A stretch of 64,000 bases of DNA from Neoconidiobolus thromboides FSU 785. Lineage: Eukaryota > Fungi > Entomophthoromycota. Below are positions 63,501-64,000 of this stretch, piece after piece. The stretch lies in the NCBI GenBank assembly GCA_025603075.1, contig MU626260.1, positions 124,001 to 188,000 on the forward strand, given 5' to 3'. The position numbers were made by a program, and so were the translations under genes. Below the pieces are notes generated by a model. The model saw only the letters and a list, made by a program, of their open reading frames with translations, did not search any database and was not told the origin of the DNA. Each line of letters starts with the position of its first letter. The first letter of the stretch is position 1.

Positions 63501-64000
63501 TTAAGTAAAGCTGAAAAAGTAGCTAAGCAAGCCATCCAGCATACTTCAAACATGGGGCGAACATGTTCATAATGAGAAGCACTATAAAATACTGAGGTGA
63601 TACCAGCACCGTTTCTATTGGCTTTACGGCTGATCATCTTTTTCAAAATTTTTTCAGCGTTGTTTTGTAATTGTAAGGAGCTGGCTTGGGCATCTTGGTT
63701 CTTCTTGTTACGTGTGCCTAAGATGTCGAATTGAGCAGCTAAGGTAGCTGGGGTATTAGAACGGCTAGCTGCACTAGAAGTTTCATAAGGATCATCTTTA
63801 AGTTTAATTTCTTTTGCAGAAATCTGATGATAAATTTCATTTAAAAATTCTTCGGGGATATCTGCCCCATCGTCAATTCCACGATTGTTTTTTATAAAGT
63901 CTTCTTGAGTCATTCTCTTTTTAACTTGAGGGTTATATAAATCAGTATTTAACATAATAACTGAGTAACCTAAAACGTAGGCGGTATCTGCGTTTACAAA
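60571..64000 (-). CDS. SEC7: Large ARF guanine-nucleotide exchange factor (Sec7/BIG), 3' part; the gene continues beyond the window
   Basis: End of the Sec7 domain (ADTAYVLGYSVIMLNTDLYNPQVK.RMT..DFIKNNRGID), HDS1 (EHVRPMFEVCW), and YYNMNRIRLEW, DSLRQLASKFLDKEEL.NFKFQKEFL, SGWKTMF. Confidence 0.95.

Noticed and set aside
1-64000. Anaerobic gut fungus (Neocallimastigomycota) or prokaryotic origin; CRISPR arrays
   Set aside because: Spliceosomal introns exclude prokaryotes. The canonical complex I 75-kDa subunit, mitoribosomal protein and mtTFB-like gene argue against hydrogenosomal fungi. No repeat-spacer arrays were seen.

Overview
Very AT-rich, gene-dense eukaryotic nuclear DNA with many short (mostly ~45-60 nt) GT-AG introns. 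The gene content is fungal (HIS6, DUG2, Pff1-type M28 protease, SIN Cdc14-like, CBM19-like surface protein) but includes genes that yeasts lack (FANCI, UBL-PHD-SRA-RING UHRF1, DHCR7, a SAS-4/CPAP TCP domain). I infer an early-diverging, aerobic fungus (it has the complex I 75-kDa subunit), probably zygomycete-grade such as Entomophthoromycotina; this lineage call is inference. About 24 protein-coding loci, one tRNA-Leu(UAG), one heavily decayed UHRF1 pseudogene, a dispersed ~105-110 bp MITE-like repeat family (at least 7 copies) and one assembly gap were identified. Exon structures were read by eye and homologies come from motif recognition, not database searches. The highlights are (1) a miniature SAS-4/CPAP centriole-protein homologue that the ORF track largely misses, (2) a full-length UHRF1 homologue inactivated by at least 8 stops and several frameshifts, largely through C:G>T:A transitions, (3) a DHCR7 pointing to cholesterol-type sterols, (4) FANCI plus a possible FANCB-like gene, and (5) a bacterial-type 2-aminomuconate deaminase.
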